From assembly GCA_965602015.1 (NCBI GenBank), contig OZ271918.1:1760001-1824000 (forward strand): a DNA stretch of 64,000 nucleotides. Reading direction: 5' to 3'. The translations under genes and the position numbers were made by a program. The notes beneath the pieces were generated by a model. It was not told the DNA's origin. It saw only the letters and a list, made by a program, of their open reading frames with translations, and did not search any database. Every line of letters begins with the position of its first letter. The first letter of the stretch is position 1. Below, piece after piece: positions 8,109-19,270 of the stretch. The stretch is from Salinispira sp. GTDB lineage: Bacteria; Spirochaetota; Spirochaetia; DSM-27196; Salinispiraceae.

Positions 8109-11100
8109 TGAGCACCCGTATGTCGTCGATGGTATGAGTCATTAGGTTTTCGAAATCGGCGATGTCCGATTGATCGAGGCTGTGATCCGTGCGCAGTCTG
8201 CGGTGGAGCTTTTCCGATGCCCGGTAGATTGCCGTAATACCGAGATTTCCACTGGAGCCCTTCATTTCGTGAAAGAGATTCTCGAGTACCTCTGGATTCT
8301 CCCCGGCTTCTTGTAAACGGGTGATAAACGAATCGCTTTGGTCCACGAACATCTCGAGGGCCCGCACGACTACCAAAGGCTCGGCGATTGCCAATATATT
8401 ATCCGGCGAAAGCAGTGCCGTATCGACGCCGTCGGGAAATACAATGCCGTTGATCACCTGTTCGTCCCGGCTCCTGTCCTTGTCGGCATCGCCTTCAGTT
8501 GCCCCGTCCCGCAGGGAAGATGATATCTCGGGATTTTCAGTATCAGGTTTCCATGTCTCAAGGACGCCGAGGATATCAGCCCGGGAGACCGGCTTGGTGA
8601 GGTAGTCGTCCATTCCGGCTTCCCTTGCCTTCTTGCGGTCTTTTTCAAGGGCGTGGGCGGTCAGCGCGATAATGGGAATATTCCGGTGCAGCTCCCCGGC
8701 CTTGCCGCGGCGGATCATCCGGGTCGCTTCATATCCGTCTAGCTCGGGCATCTGGCAGTCCATAAACACCAGGCGGTAGGGATCTGACTTTTCCGCCTGA
8801 CGCAAACTGGCAATGGCTTCAAATCCGTTGCCCGCCACGTCGCAGTGCAGCCCGACGGATTCAAGCAGTTCACGGGTCACCAGCTGATTTATTTGATTGT
8901 CTTCCACAAGCAAAATGCGGAATTCCGCGGGCCAGGGACTGATGCTTGCCTGACGCCCGGATTCCCGTACAAGACTGCTCATGTAGCTTCGGGTGATAGT
9001 CGGTTTTTTTATCTCACCCGGACCGGTTTGACTGTCCCGCCCTATCAGGATAGACAGCATATCTTCCAGTTCATCGGGAACAACGGGCTTACTTAAAAAC
9101 CCGTCGCAGCGGCAGAGCCCGTCTTCCGGGTAGTTTGCCCCGACGGAGGTGAGCAGGACGAGCTTGAGATGCAAATGGTCAGGGCCTTTTATCTCTTCCA
9201 ATGCGCGGCAGAAATCCTCACCGGTAAAACCGGGCATGTTCATGTCCAGAAGAACAAAATCGAAAGGCTCGCTTCCCTCTTCCAGTTCCCTCAATGCGTT
9301 TTCCGGTCGGGAAAAGGACTCGGCGATTCCCCCCTGCCGTTGGACGAATTCCTCAAGGATTTCAAGGTTAACCGGATTATCATCCACAATAAGAAATCTC
9401 AGCCCGTCCAGGGGTACCCGATAAAAATGCCTGACCTCATTCCGGGGCAAAGCGAGTTCGAGGGTGACGGTGAAATTGCTTCCCTTTCCGATTTCGCTGG
9501 ACACATCAATATCGCCGTTCATCAGGTCGACCAGACGGCGGGTAATTGCCAGCCCCAGTCCGGTGCCCCCATAGCGCCGACTTGTAGACGCATCCACCTG
9601 TGTGAACTCGTCAAAAAGCCTCTCCAGGCCTTCATCGGGTATTCCGATTCCCGTATCGAGGACGGAAAACGAAAGCCTGATTGCATTGTCCTGGGTTTTA
9701 TCGGATCTCACCGAAACGGTTACCTGACCTTCGGTGGTGAACTTCACCGCATTGCTCACCAGGTTTGCGATTATCTGCCGTATTCTGGTGGGATCGCCGT
9801 TTACCGCCCGCTCATGCACCTCCCTGAGATCGAGAATGAGCTCTAGACCCTTTTCATCGGCCCGAAACGCCAGAGCCCGTATGCTCTCTCCGAACAGCGA
9901 CGGCAGGTCAAAATCATAGGTTTCCAGCTCCATGCGCCCCGCATCGATCTTTGAAAAATCAAGGATATCGTTGATTATAGTCAGCAGGGCTGCGGCGCTT
10001 TCCTCGGCCACCCGGACCTTGTGTTCCTGTTCGTCCGTCAACGTGCTGTTATGCAACAGACCCAGCATACCCATCACCCCGTTCAAGGGTGTTCGAATTT
10101 CATGACTCATCGTTGCGAGGAAATCGCTTTTTGCCCTGGCGGCATCCTCGGCATCGAGGCGCGCCTCCTCAAGCTGGTGCATTGCGGCGCGCTGATCGCT
10201 GATATCAATTAACACGCCGTCAATATGTCGCTGTCCTCCGCCATAATCACCCACAACGGTGCCCTGGTTTTTAACCCATCGAATCTCACCGCTTTTGTTG
10301 ATAATCCGGTACTCGACAGAAAAATCCGAGAGACCGTCCCCTACCGCAGCCAGTGCGCGTACCAGTCGATCCCGGTCGGCGGTAAATATAAGGGAAACCG
10401 GGTTGAGCGACTGGTTTGAGTAAAACTCCTGGGCAGAATAGCCAAACAGCTTTTCCGCGCGATCCGATATGAACAGCACGGTCAAGCGCTCGTCGTCGAT
10501 GCATCGGTAAACCACTCCGGGAATATTGGCAACAAGGGTGCGAAAGCGGCGCTCGTTTTCCGTCAGGAGACGCAATTGCTCCTGATTTTCATCGAGCATC
10601 TCATTAAACGATTGGGCGAGAATTCCCAACTCGCTTTTGCTTTTTACCTGTACCCGGATGTCCCGCCTTCCCATGCTCACCTGGTGAGCCAACTCGTTGA
10701 GATTTAAAATAGGCGCCACAATATAATGGGATACTGAGATTGCGGCGAGAACGGTGAACAATACCGCTGCAAGACCTGCGATGCTGATCAAGCGGTAAAA
10801 ACCGTATAACAGCTCGAGGGCGCTGGATTGATCGACGACGCTTACCTGGGCCCAGCGAATCCCCGGGAGAATCAAGGGAGCCACAACAGAAAGTTGAGGC
10901 TCTCCTCGCTCGTTCTGATAGGGAATCGCAAAGCTTTCACCGGGTCCGAGATTAGTGAACAGATTGTTATCCTGAAGAATTCTTCTCAGCTGGGCGGGGA
11001 TATCGGTGGTAAGAATGCTCTCCCGCTCTCCCCCGGGCAGAACCCGGTACCTCCCGTCCGAACCGGCGATAAAATGAGCAATTTCCGGGTCTCCGGAATT

Positions 11101-11775
11101 GCCAAAGAAATCAACCAGGTCATCCAGCCTCAATTGAATTGCCGCCGAACCGATGTAGCGGCCAGATTCGGAAAACAGGGGCGTAACAATAAAGTTGGCC
11201 AGAATATCGGCGGAGGGACGGTAGCGCTCAACATCTGAGAGGATGATTCGTTTTTCCAGAAGATTTCGGGCAAAGGCCTCGGCAAATAGGGTTCGGCTAT
11301 AGGGCCCGTAAAGCAGATTAGTCCCCAAATCCGCCTCTCCGGCCATGGTAAACAGAATGTTGCCCCGATAATCAATATAGAAAATGTCGTATATCATCGG
11401 CGTGAATTCCCAAATGGACGCTAATTCCCGTCTCAGATTTTCCGTCGCCGGGAGGTATGACTGAGATTCGACGAACTGCCCCAGGGGTAACCCGCTGTTT
11501 TCGTAGGCAGCTGATAGTTGCTCAAAGCCCGCACGTCGCAGAGCTGAGCCGCTGATGATATTCAGGTCGCCGATGCGCTCGGAAAACCAATCCCGCACAT
11601 GCTCGGCGGTGAGGAGCGAGGACTCCCGGAGTTTCTGCTCGGCCTGGGTGCGCAGAGCATCGCGGGTTTGAAAACCCGCGACCAGCGAGAGAAAGAAAAG
11701 AGGCGTCAATCCGATCACAATAAACCACAGGCTGAGGCTCACGGCAATCGGGCGGGTCCCTCGCCGCCGTTTCAT
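8089..11775 (-). CDS. Hybrid sensor kinase (Cache-HAMP-PAS-HisKA-HATPase-REC-REC-Hpt)
   Basis: MSHEIRTPLNG H-box, NAVKFT, DTGIG, GGTGLGL, two receiver domains, FHEMKGSSG Hpt; RBS GAGGAGG before ATG 11775. Confidence 0.93.
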   Translation of the reverse strand: MKRRRGTRPIAVSLSLWFIVIGLTPLFFLSLVAGFQTRDALRTQAEQKLRESSLLTAEHVRDWFSERIGDLNIISGSALRRAGFEQLSAAYENSGLPLGQFVESQSYLPATENLRRELASIWEFTPMIYDIFYIDYRGNILFTMAGEADLGTNLLYGPYSRTLFAEAFARNLLEKRIILSDVERYRPSADILANFIVTPLFSESGRYIGSAAIQLRLDDLVDFFGNSGDPEIAHFIAGSDGRYRVLPGGERESILTTDIPAQLRRILQDNNLFTNLGPGESFAIPYQNERGEPQLSVVAPLILPGIRWAQVSVVDQSSALELLYGFYRLISIAGLAAVLFTVLAAISVSHYIVAPILNLNELAHQVSMGRRDIRVQVKSKSELGILAQSFNEMLDENQEQLRLLTENERRFRTLVANIPGVVYRCIDDERLTVLFISDRAEKLFGYSAQEFYSNQSLNPVSLIFTADRDRLVRALAAVGDGLSDFSVEYRIINKSGEIRWVKNQGTVVGDYGGGQRHIDGVLIDISDQRAAMHQLEEARLDAEDAARAKSDFLATMSHEIRTPLNGVMGMLGLLHNSTLTDEQEHKVRVAEESAAALLTIINDILDFSKIDAGRMELETYDFDLPSLFGESIRALAFRADEKGLELILDLREVHERAVNGDPTRIRQIIANLVSNAVKFTTEGQVTVSVRSDKTQDNAIRLSFSVLDTGIGIPDEGLERLFDEFTQVDASTSRRYGGTGLGLAITRRLVDLMNGDIDVSSEIGKGSNFTVTLELALPRNEVRHFYRVPLDGLRFLIVDDNPVNLEILEEFVQRQGGIAESFSRPENALRELEEGSEPFDFVLLDMNMPGFTGEDFCRALEEIKGPDHLHLKLVLLTSVGANYPEDGLCRCDGFLSKPVVPDELEDMLSILIGRDSQTGPGEIKKPTITRSYMSSLVRESGRQASISPWPAEFRILLVEDNQINQLVTRELLESVGLHCDVAGNGFEAIASLRQAEKSDPYRLVFMDCQMPELDGYEATRMIRRGKAGELHRNIPIIALTAHALEKDRKKAREAGMDDYLTKPVSRADILGVLETWKPDTENPEISSSLRDGATEGDADKDRSRDEQVINGIVFPDGVDTALLSPDNILAIAEPLVVVRALEMFVDQSDSFITRLQEAGENPEVLENLFHEMKGSSGNLGITAIYRASEKLHRRLRTDHSLDQSDIADFENLMTHTIDDIRVLIRANSG

Positions 11776-11856
11776 ACATCCCTCCTCATTGTGTATTCGA
11801 AATACCCAGTACAATGCTCTATTATTATAGTACTACAGCCATCCAAGGGGGGCGAA

Positions 11857-12315
11857 ATGAATCGCCAGCTCATGCTCCATATATTATTAGCGCTTTCCTC
11901 AGTCGTGCTCATGTCTTGCGCCGGCGTCTCTTCAATTCCTGAACCACAGAGGGACTTCCCTCTTCGTGATACCCAATGGATACTTGAATATATTGAATAC
12001 GGCAGCGGTACCCGGCTGGCGCCGGCGGAAGACGAGGAGTACCGGCTTATTTTCGGCAGCGATGACCGGCTGTCGGGAACCGTGTACTGCAACGCCATAA
12101 GCGCCGCATACTCGGCAGCCGGCGGCGAGCTGTTTGTCGGGCCGATTGCCATAACCCGGGCTCTCTGCCCCCCCTCGGCGGTTGAACCGGTGTTTCTCGC
12201 CGGACTTAACAATATGACAGCCTATACAATTCGACAGGATCACCTCATCATTACTCCGGCCAATTACGACTGGACCATGGTGTTTTTTGCTGAGACAGTC
12301 GCGGAATCACCCTAG
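11857..12315 (+). CDS. META/HslJ-domain lipoprotein
   Basis: Lipobox LMSC; LRDTQWIL, SGTVYCN, ITRALCP motifs. Confidence 0.82.
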   Translation: MNRQLMLHILLALSSVVLMSCAGVSSIPEPQRDFPLRDTQWILEYIEYGSGTRLAPAEDEEYRLIFGSDDRLSGTVYCNAISAAYSAAGGELFVGPIAITRALCPPSAVEPVFLAGLNNMTAYTIRQDHLIITPANYDWTMVFFAETVAESP

Positions 12316-13026
12316 CTGGTCGGCAGACGTGGCTATTACCGTCCAACAGTTTTCGCCGTCACCAAAAGATACCCATTGCCCGCTGGTTTTCCACATATAG
12401 GAGTTCAGAGCGCAGAGAACCGAATCTAGGCGGTCCTCGAAATTTTTGTACTCCCGGGGGCTGAGGCCGTCAGAGCTTTGTGGCAGTTCGGGCAGGTCGC
12501 CCAGACCGACATGTTCCAGCTGCTCGAGCAGTAGCTGTGCTTCAGCTGTGCAGGATTGGGTATTCCGTCCGGATTTGAGCTTGTACGCCAGGGGATATCT
12601 GCCGGGAAACAGACCGGCAAGGATTCCCGTGGGAAAGGTTTCGCATAGCCTCTCCCCGAGGGTCATACCCTCCCGCCCCTTCAGCAGCGAAGCCAGCTGC
12701 TCGCCGCGAATGCCGCCGTAACGGCGCTGCATGAAGTCCCTCCCGGTTGCAAAAACCTTGAGCTTGTGCCCGTGAAAGCTCCAGCGCATAAGTTGAGAGT
12801 CGCAGGGCCTGCCGCCTGTTTTGTTCGGTACCACCAGGGGGCTGTCGATTGAGAGGGCAGCAATGGAGCTGTACCCCGCAAGGATTCGAATCAGGTCGTC
12901 ATCGCTGTACGCCGATGCGCTGCAATGACGGACCGTCTTGCTGCTGTCCATTACGCAAATTCCGCTTTGCCCGCCGGATGTCCAGGCTAAATCTATTCCC
13001 GCGTAGAATGGGGCGCTCTTGTCCAT
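12307..13026 (-). CDS. DUF429 family protein (predicted RNase H-fold nuclease)
   Basis: AGIDLAW, SIDSPL, GRPCD, ETFP, EDRLDSVLCA. Confidence 0.8.
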   Translation of the reverse strand: MDKSAPFYAGIDLAWTSGGQSGICVMDSSKTVRHCSASAYSDDDLIRILAGYSSIAALSIDSPLVVPNKTGGRPCDSQLMRWSFHGHKLKVFATGRDFMQRRYGGIRGEQLASLLKGREGMTLGERLCETFPTGILAGLFPGRYPLAYKLKSGRNTQSCTAEAQLLLEQLEHVGLGDLPELPQSSDGLSPREYKNFEDRLDSVLCALNSYMWKTSGQWVSFGDGENCWTVIATSADQLG

Positions 13027-13144
13027 ACCGTGAAACTACTGCTGTGGACATCATCAAGCAAGGGACGATGGGTTTTTCTTGCCCGTTATATAAAGTGGGT
13101 CTATGATTAAAATTAACTACTAAGGTAGTAATAGGAGATGATCA

Positions 13145-14722
13145 GTGAATGCCATCGAAACCGCCGGTATTTCCCATCCAAAAGCCTATCGGAACCTGCC
13201 AGCGGCAAAACTGTACGAGTATGCGTTGAAATACGAAGAGGGTTCTGCAATAACAGCCCAGGGAGCGCTGACCGTGCGCTCCGGTGAAAAGACCGGACGG
13301 AGCCCGAAGGACAAGAGAATAGTCGATAATCCGCAAAGCAGCGGCGATATCTGGTGGGGAGAAATCAACCGGGCCCTGGATGAACGGGTTTTTATGATCA
13401 ACCGGGAACGGGCAATTGATTACCTCAATACCCGGGAGAGGATATTCATTGTCGACGCCTACGCGGGCTGGGATGTGCGCCATCGAATAAAGGTCAGAAT
13501 AATCTGTGAGCGGGCTTACCATGCCCTGTTCATGTCGAACATGCTAATCCTGCCGGGCGATGATGAACTGGAGAACTTCGGGGAACCGGACTTTACCCTC
13601 TATAATGCGGGGAAGTTTCCCGCAAACCGCTATACCAGCGGAATGACCAGCAAGACCAGCGTGGACATTAATTTCGAGCGGGGGGAAATGGTCATTCTCG
13701 GTACAGAATACGCCGGAGAAATGAAAAAAGGCGTTTTTACCATCATGAACTACCTGATGCCCAAACGCGGCATGCTATCAATGCACTGCTCTGCGAATCA
13801 GGGCAACGGGGGAGATGTATGTCTGTTTTTCGGCCTATCAGGAACCGGCAAAACGACCCTTTCGGCAGACTCGCGCCGGCAACTCATCGGCGACGACGAG
13901 CACTGCTGGACCGCCGAGGGCATATTTAATATCGAGGGCGGCTGTTACGCCAAATGCATCGATCTGGATGAGAAAAAAGAACCGGAGATTTATTCCGCAA
14001 TACGATTCGGGTCGGTATTGGAGAATGTGGTGTATGACTCCATGCACCGGACTGTGGATTACTCGGACGACAGCATTACGCAGAACACCCGATGCTCGTA
14101 TCCCATACGCTACATAGCAAATGCGAAGATACCCTGCCTCGCCGGGCATCCCGACAACATTGTTTTTCTCACCTGCGACGCGTTCGGGGTTATTCCGCCG
14201 GTAAGCCGCCTCAACCCCGAACAGGCCATGTATCACTTTATTAGCGGCTATACTGCCAAAATCGCCGGAACCGAGCAGGGAATATCCGAGCCGCAGGCGA
14301 CCTTTTCAGCCTGCTTCGGCGCGGCCTTCATGGTCTGGCATCCGCTGCGCTACGCCGAACTTCTGGCACGGTACATCGAAGAACACCACACCCGGGTGTG
14401 GCTGGTTAGCACCGGTTGGACCGGCGGAGGCTACGGAGACGGTTCGCGCATCCCCCTTGAAACCACCCGGACAATAATTTCGGCGGTTCTCGGCGGGACC
14501 CTGGAGCATGCCCCGGTCCGGCGGCATCCGGTTTTTGGTTTCGATGTGCTGACACACATTCCGGATGTTCCCGATTCGATGCTGTGGCCCGAGGAAAGCT
14601 GGAAAGATAAAACGGCATACGCCAAGGCTGTAGATCATTTGGCAACGCTGTTTATTCAGAATTTCACTGCATACGAGACCGAGGGAAAGACTGCCCTCGC
14701 CGCGGCCGGCCCGAGACTATAG
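13145..14722 (+). CDS. pckA: Phosphoenolpyruvate carboxykinase (ATP)
   Basis: GRSPKDK, YAGEMKKG, GLSGTGKTTLS, IGDDEH, NIEGGCYAK. Confidence 0.97.
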   Translation: MNAIETAGISHPKAYRNLPAAKLYEYALKYEEGSAITAQGALTVRSGEKTGRSPKDKRIVDNPQSSGDIWWGEINRALDERVFMINRERAIDYLNTRERIFIVDAYAGWDVRHRIKVRIICERAYHALFMSNMLILPGDDELENFGEPDFTLYNAGKFPANRYTSGMTSKTSVDINFERGEMVILGTEYAGEMKKGVFTIMNYLMPKRGMLSMHCSANQGNGGDVCLFFGLSGTGKTTLSADSRRQLIGDDEHCWTAEGIFNIEGGCYAKCIDLDEKKEPEIYSAIRFGSVLENVVYDSMHRTVDYSDDSITQNTRCSYPIRYIANAKIPCLAGHPDNIVFLTCDAFGVIPPVSRLNPEQAMYHFISGYTAKIAGTEQGISEPQATFSACFGAAFMVWHPLRYAELLARYIEEHHTRVWLVSTGWTGGGYGDGSRIPLETTRTIISAVLGGTLEHAPVRRHPVFGFDVLTHIPDVPDSMLWPEESWKDKTAYAKAVDHLATLFIQNFTAYETEGKTALAAAGPRL

Positions 14723-14728
14723 GCCGGT

Positions 14729-15664
14729 CTATGGACGGCCCCGTGAATAGGAAGACTCATGGTGGAGCACCAGATCGGGAAACAGCTGTTCAACCCGTCG
14801 TAGCTGGGAGGGGTTGTAATCAGCAAGCAGCGAAGGATCGCTTATTCGGTGGAAGTCATGTCCGTCAAATCCATAGAGGCCCAGATATTCGGCATAGCGG
14901 CTTATGCCGGAAATATCCTGGTTTCTCATCATTTCGTTCAGGACGGCGTCGGACAAGCGGGATGTCGCCTGGGACAGATATTCCCGGTCAAGGCTATCTG
15001 TGGAGGCAACCAGCTCGGGCGAACTTCTTTCGGGGTTATATATCCTGATCGATTGAAGAAGCCTGATAAGATGGTCGGAAAAAATCGGGTCGTACCGGGT
15101 AATGATAATTTGGATCATGACGTTTCCGTGACGGCGAATAAACAGATAGGTCGCCGCTTCGGCAATGTCCCGAAGGATTAGCTCTCTGCGCCGAAAAACG
15201 GAAAATCTGTGGCGGGTCCCGCTCTCCCTGATGACGGGGGCCAGTTCCCCCGTCGGGTAAAAGTCGAAACCCTGGCGCCGGTAATCCGCCACCGTCCGCG
15301 CCACGATAAAATCATGGCTTGAATCGCCCACATTTCTCAGGCGTATCTGAACTTCCATTCCCCGGTTAAATTCCGGCATAAAATACAGACGAAACCATTC
15401 CCTGCCCAGGATGGCGAAGTTATAGTCCCCCTGCTCAACATTTGAACCGGCATACGCCATGCCCGGCACCAGATCAAGCTCAAAGCCCACCTCCCCGTTG
15501 ATGTAACCGCTGGGCGTGACGGTTCCGCCGGCAAAGCGATTTTCCACGGCGCACAATATCCTGAAGCTAAGCGCCGCTGCCATACCCAATGCGGCGAATA
15601 TTGTCATGAAGGTGTACAGGCGCTTTATCCGCCGTTTCTGTCTGTCCCGTCGGTTTTCCCTCAT
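14729..15664 (-). CDS. Hypothetical membrane-anchored protein
   Basis: Basic N-terminus plus one TM; no recognisable family; start chosen at ATG 15664. Confidence 0.6.
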   Translation of the reverse strand: MRENRRDRQKRRIKRLYTFMTIFAALGMAAALSFRILCAVENRFAGGTVTPSGYINGEVGFELDLVPGMAYAGSNVEQGDYNFAILGREWFRLYFMPEFNRGMEVQIRLRNVGDSSHDFIVARTVADYRRQGFDFYPTGELAPVIRESGTRHRFSVFRRRELILRDIAEAATYLFIRRHGNVMIQIIITRYDPIFSDHLIRLLQSIRIYNPERSSPELVASTDSLDREYLSQATSRLSDAVLNEMMRNQDISGISRYAEYLGLYGFDGHDFHRISDPSLLADYNPSQLRRVEQLFPDLVLHHESSYSRGRP

Positions 15665-15781
15665 AGGCCGGGAGATTACACCAGGAAAGCGGATAGCGCA
15701 ATGCGGGTTTCGGGACATTGGGTTGAATCTGTACCGGCCGATATTTTTTTGAACTATACTGGATGAGAGGAAGGTGATCTG

Positions 15782-17422
15782 ATGAACAAAATCGCAGGCA
15801 TTTATGCTGGGTCAAGTTATGAAATACGCCTAAAAGCCCCTATAGCAGCAGCCGTCGAGGTCGGGGTCGCCCTTCTTTTATTACCCTTAGCGCTTATCCA
15901 GTTTGCCGAAGATTCGGCGATTCAGGGTATCGCAATACTCGTGCTGGCGGGGGTGTTTATATTTACCCTCGTGCTACTTCTGAGGGGCCGCTACGACCTC
16001 TCGGTGCGGGTATTCAATGCTTCGGCGGCAACGGTGATGATTCTCAATCAATTTGTGCTTCAGGGCTACAGCAACGCTCTGACCTTTGCGCAGTTCGCCC
16101 TGCTTCAGCTCGCATTGCTGAGCCTCATTGCGCTGCTTATCCGCCAACGCTCGATATTCCGTCTCTACATTGTTCTCGCAGTGCTCAGTTTCTGGGGGTA
16201 TGTATTATTCGTGGTTGTAAGCGGTCAGTCGGCCCGGGTAGATATGCCATTTGTCAGTCAGCTCGATGTGGCGGGATTCACTCATACCCTGGGAATAATA
16301 GTTCTGTACCAGATGAAGCGGGTATTCGATTTGGTCACCCAGGATGCCGAAAGCCAGTTTGCGCAGAGCGAAAAGCAGCGGCAGGCGATGGACGGCATCA
16401 TGCGTCAGGCAGCGGCACAGCTTGAAGGGACTCTGGGATTAAAAACCGAGGCCGAATCCGCGGAGGCATCGACCCACCAGATTAACCGCAGGGTCGAGGA
16501 TATCGGCGCCCAGGTTGAACGATTACATACGATTTTCACAGATATGATGGAAGCCCTCAAGGACATCGGGGCCAATATGGACACCCTGTCAGACCGGGCC
16601 CAGGAGCAAAGCGCTAACGTCACCGAGTCCAGTGCGGCCATCGAACAGATGGTCACTTCAATAAACAGCGTGGCGGGAATCATAGACCAGCGGAAGGCCA
16701 GCGTTGAGGCCCTGCAGCGCACCGCAGACAGCGGAACCGAAACAATCAAGCGTACCGAGAACTCATTCAACGAGGTGGTAAACAAGATTACCAACATACG
16801 GGAAATTACTAGCCTAATAAGCGGAATAGCCGCGCAGACCAACCTCCTGGCCATGAATGCGGCCATCGAGGCGGCCCATGCCGGCGATGCGGGCCGGGGT
16901 TTCGCCGTAGTGGCGGACGAAATCCGCAAGCTCGCGGAAAATTCTTCGGTAAACGCCAAGAGCATCGCGGATAATCTGAAGGAACTGATTTCCAGCATAG
17001 AAACCGCCGGAGGCCAGGTGGCAGACACCGGAGATTCATTTTCGGAGATCCAGGCCGAGGTAAAGCAGGTAGCCGACGCCATGGACGAGATTTTCTCCAG
17101 CACCCAAGAGCTCAACAGCGGCAGCGGAGAGATACTCAAGGCTACGGCGAACCTCAGCGGTCTGACCACGAATGTCCTCGATTCTGTCGGAGAGGTGACC
17201 CGGGACAACAAAATTATCGCTTCAAATATTGAACATGGGGGAAGCGTCGCCGGAGAACTCAAGGTTGAGGCCGCTGATATTTCCCGGGAAAGCGAAAGCA
17301 TTGTCCAGGCGGCTACCAAAATTCTCGCAATGGCTCAAATCCTGACCCGACAGTCCGAAGCGCTGAATGATCACATGACAGCAGAGGACCATGAACCGGT
17401 CACCGAGGTTCAATCGCCCTAA
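15782..17422 (+). CDS. Methyl-accepting chemotaxis protein with multi-TM N-terminus
   Basis: [38 protein letters not shown] hairpin tip. Confidence 0.95.
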   Translation: MNKIAGIYAGSSYEIRLKAPIAAAVEVGVALLLLPLALIQFAEDSAIQGIAILVLAGVFIFTLVLLLRGRYDLSVRVFNASAATVMILNQFVLQGYSNALTFAQFALLQLALLSLIALLIRQRSIFRLYIVLAVLSFWGYVLFVVVSGQSARVDMPFVSQLDVAGFTHTLGIIVLYQMKRVFDLVTQDAESQFAQSEKQRQAMDGIMRQAAAQLEGTLGLKTEAESAEASTHQINRRVEDIGAQVERLHTIFTDMMEALKDIGANMDTLSDRAQEQSANVTESSAAIEQMVTSINSVAGIIDQRKASVEALQRTADSGTETIKRTENSFNEVVNKITNIREITSLISGIAAQTNLLAMNAAIEAAHAGDAGRGFAVVADEIRKLAENSSVNAKSIADNLKELISSIETAGGQVADTGDSFSEIQAEVKQVADAMDEIFSSTQELNSGSGEILKATANLSGLTTNVLDSVGEVTRDNKIIASNIEHGGSVAGELKVEAADISRESESIVQAATKILAMAQILTRQSEALNDHMTAEDHEPVTEVQSP

Positions 17423-17499
17423 AAAGGTCTGACTTGGCTTTCCCTAAGCCTTCGCCGTCCGATAGTTCCCTATTTCTTGTATTTTCTCGATGGTTTTTA

Positions 17500-17555
17500 T
17501 TGACAGGTGTAATTTTAACTTATATATTTAGTGCACTACAACACTAGTACACTAA
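17500..17555 (+). promoter_or_regulatory. Promoter and YtrA-type GntR operator
   Basis: TTGACA(17500)-N17-TATATT(17523); inverted repeat TTAGTGCACTA-N6-TAGTACACTAA at 17528-17555. Confidence 0.75.
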
Positions 17556-17572
17556 TTTATTAGGAGTCAATA

Positions 17573-18448
17573 ATGATTAACTTGACAAATGTCGGCTTCT
17601 CCTACGGGAAGAAATCGCCGTTATTTTCAGGCCTGAACTTCCGCATCGATTCCGGAGGTATTTACGGCCTGCTCGGGAAAAACGGCGCGGGCAAAACCAG
17701 CTTTTTGAAGCTGAGCACCGGCCTGCTGTTTCCCCAAACCGGCAGCTGTGAAGTCTTCCGCAGGCCCGCCCATGACCGCTCCCCTTCACAGCTTTCGCAG
17801 ATCGCCTTTGTGCCGGAGGAGTTTGAACTGCCGTCAATGAGCGCGGCGAAATATTTCGAGCTTCTGAAGGACTTCTATCCTGGCTTTGACGCCGACGCAT
17901 TGGAGGATTATCTCGGCCAGTTTGAACTGGAAGCGTCGAATCAGCTCAGTCAGATGTCCTTCGGTCAGCGCAAAAAAGCCCTTCTGGCCTTCGTCATCGC
18001 AAGCGGAGCAAAGCTGGTAGTCCTCGATGAACCGACAAACGGCTTGGACATTCCCGGAAAGCAGGCTCTTCGGAAGATCCTCGCCGGAGTGGCGGACGAA
18101 GAGCGGGCGTTTATCATCTCAAGCCATCAGGTGCGGGATGTGCAGAGTATTATCGATCCCATCGTCATTTTGGATGAAGGAACAGTGGTGTTTAATGCTG
18201 ACCTTGAGACAATCAACCGACGACTGGCAGTGGTCCGGGTGGCTGAGGATGAACTGCCGCCCGACTCCCTCGCCTGGCAGCCCGCTGTCGGCGGAATGTC
18301 GGTACTGGTTCCCCGGACCGGTGCATACCAATCCGCCGGAGGAGAAATCGACATCGAGCTTCTGTTCCAGGCGGTGACCGAAAATCACCGGGCAATCGAC
18401 CAGTTGTTCGCCGAAGAAACCGCCGGTGCAACAGGAGGCAGGGTATGA
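17573..18448 (+). CDS. ABC-2 type transporter ATP-binding protein
   Basis: GKNGAGKTS Walker A, MSFGQ signature variant, LDEPT, SSH. Confidence 0.93.
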   Translation: MINLTNVGFSYGKKSPLFSGLNFRIDSGGIYGLLGKNGAGKTSFLKLSTGLLFPQTGSCEVFRRPAHDRSPSQLSQIAFVPEEFELPSMSAAKYFELLKDFYPGFDADALEDYLGQFELEASNQLSQMSFGQRKKALLAFVIASGAKLVVLDEPTNGLDIPGKQALRKILAGVADEERAFIISSHQVRDVQSIIDPIVILDEGTVVFNADLETINRRLAVVRVAEDELPPDSLAWQPAVGGMSVLVPRTGAYQSAGGEIDIELLFQAVTENHRAIDQLFAEETAGATGGRV

Positions 18449-19269
18449 ATTCAGTCAAACAAACAGTAATGAGAATATGGCAGTTAATGAAGCTCGAGGT
18501 GTACTCCCAAAAGCGCCGTATCTTCATCAGCGCTGCGGGAATTCTGGGAATATTTATTATACTTTCCCTTCTGTCGTGGTTATTTATGTCACCCGAAAGT
18601 TCGTTCGAACTCAACGGAACCGAAACGGAAAGTGGAGACAGCTATGGCCTGATTTTTATCATCTGGGCCCTGGTTCTCACCGCTGGAAGCTTTTTATCGC
18701 TTCATGCCAAAAGCCAGCAAATCGAATACCTGTTGCGGCCCGCATCCGGGGCGGAAAAAGTGGCTGCCAGCGTTCTTGTCACCACTGTGGGGTACTGGGC
18801 GCTTATGACCATCGGCTACCTTCTCAGCCTCCTGTTTTTGCAGCTGATGCGGTCGATTTTTGGCATTGAAGGCTCCCTCTTTCCCCGGGGATTTTTAGGA
18901 ACGAGTCTTCGCACACTGTACTCTTACCTGAGCATTCATGCTTTGGTGTTTTTCGCTGCGGTATATTTCAAGCGCAACGCCATCGGAAAGCTTTTGCTGT
19001 TTTCCGCCCTGGGCTTTTTTGCCCTGATGGTTCTCAACACCCTGGCAGCGCGGCTGATCTTCGCCCCGTATTTCGCCGATCCCGCATTGCTCGTGGGTAT
19101 TGAAACACGCCTCGGTTTTTATGATAGCTTCACACCCATCGACTTTATCCAGCAGCAGCTCGGCATTGATCTGCAGCAGGTTTATGATCTACGCCATGTT
19201 TTCGCCGCCGTCTGGATTGCCGTTCTTTGGGGCTTGAGCTGGCTGCGGTTGAGAGAGACAGAGGTCTAG
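18445..19269 (+). CDS. ABC-2 type permease
   Basis: About 6 TM, LLRPAS..EK motif; ATGA overlap with the ATPase gene. Confidence 0.82.
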   Translation: MNSVKQTVMRIWQLMKLEVYSQKRRIFISAAGILGIFIILSLLSWLFMSPESSFELNGTETESGDSYGLIFIIWALVLTAGSFLSLHAKSQQIEYLLRPASGAEKVAASVLVTTVGYWALMTIGYLLSLLFLQLMRSIFGIEGSLFPRGFLGTSLRTLYSYLSIHALVFFAAVYFKRNAIGKLLLFSALGFFALMVLNTLAARLIFAPYFADPALLVGIETRLGFYDSFTPIDFIQQQLGIDLQQVYDLRHVFAAVWIAVLWGLSWLRLRETEV

Positions 19270-19270
19270 T

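Noticed and set aside
11599..11856. N-terminal extension of the META protein
   Set aside because: Overlaps the divergent kinase; the RBS and lipoprotein signal begin at 11857.
12307..13026. DUF429 gene as an anti-phage system
   Set aside because: Stand-alone among housekeeping and signalling genes, with no defence-island context.
16405..17319. 304-aa minus-strand ORF
   Set aside because: Antisense to the conserved MCP signalling domain.
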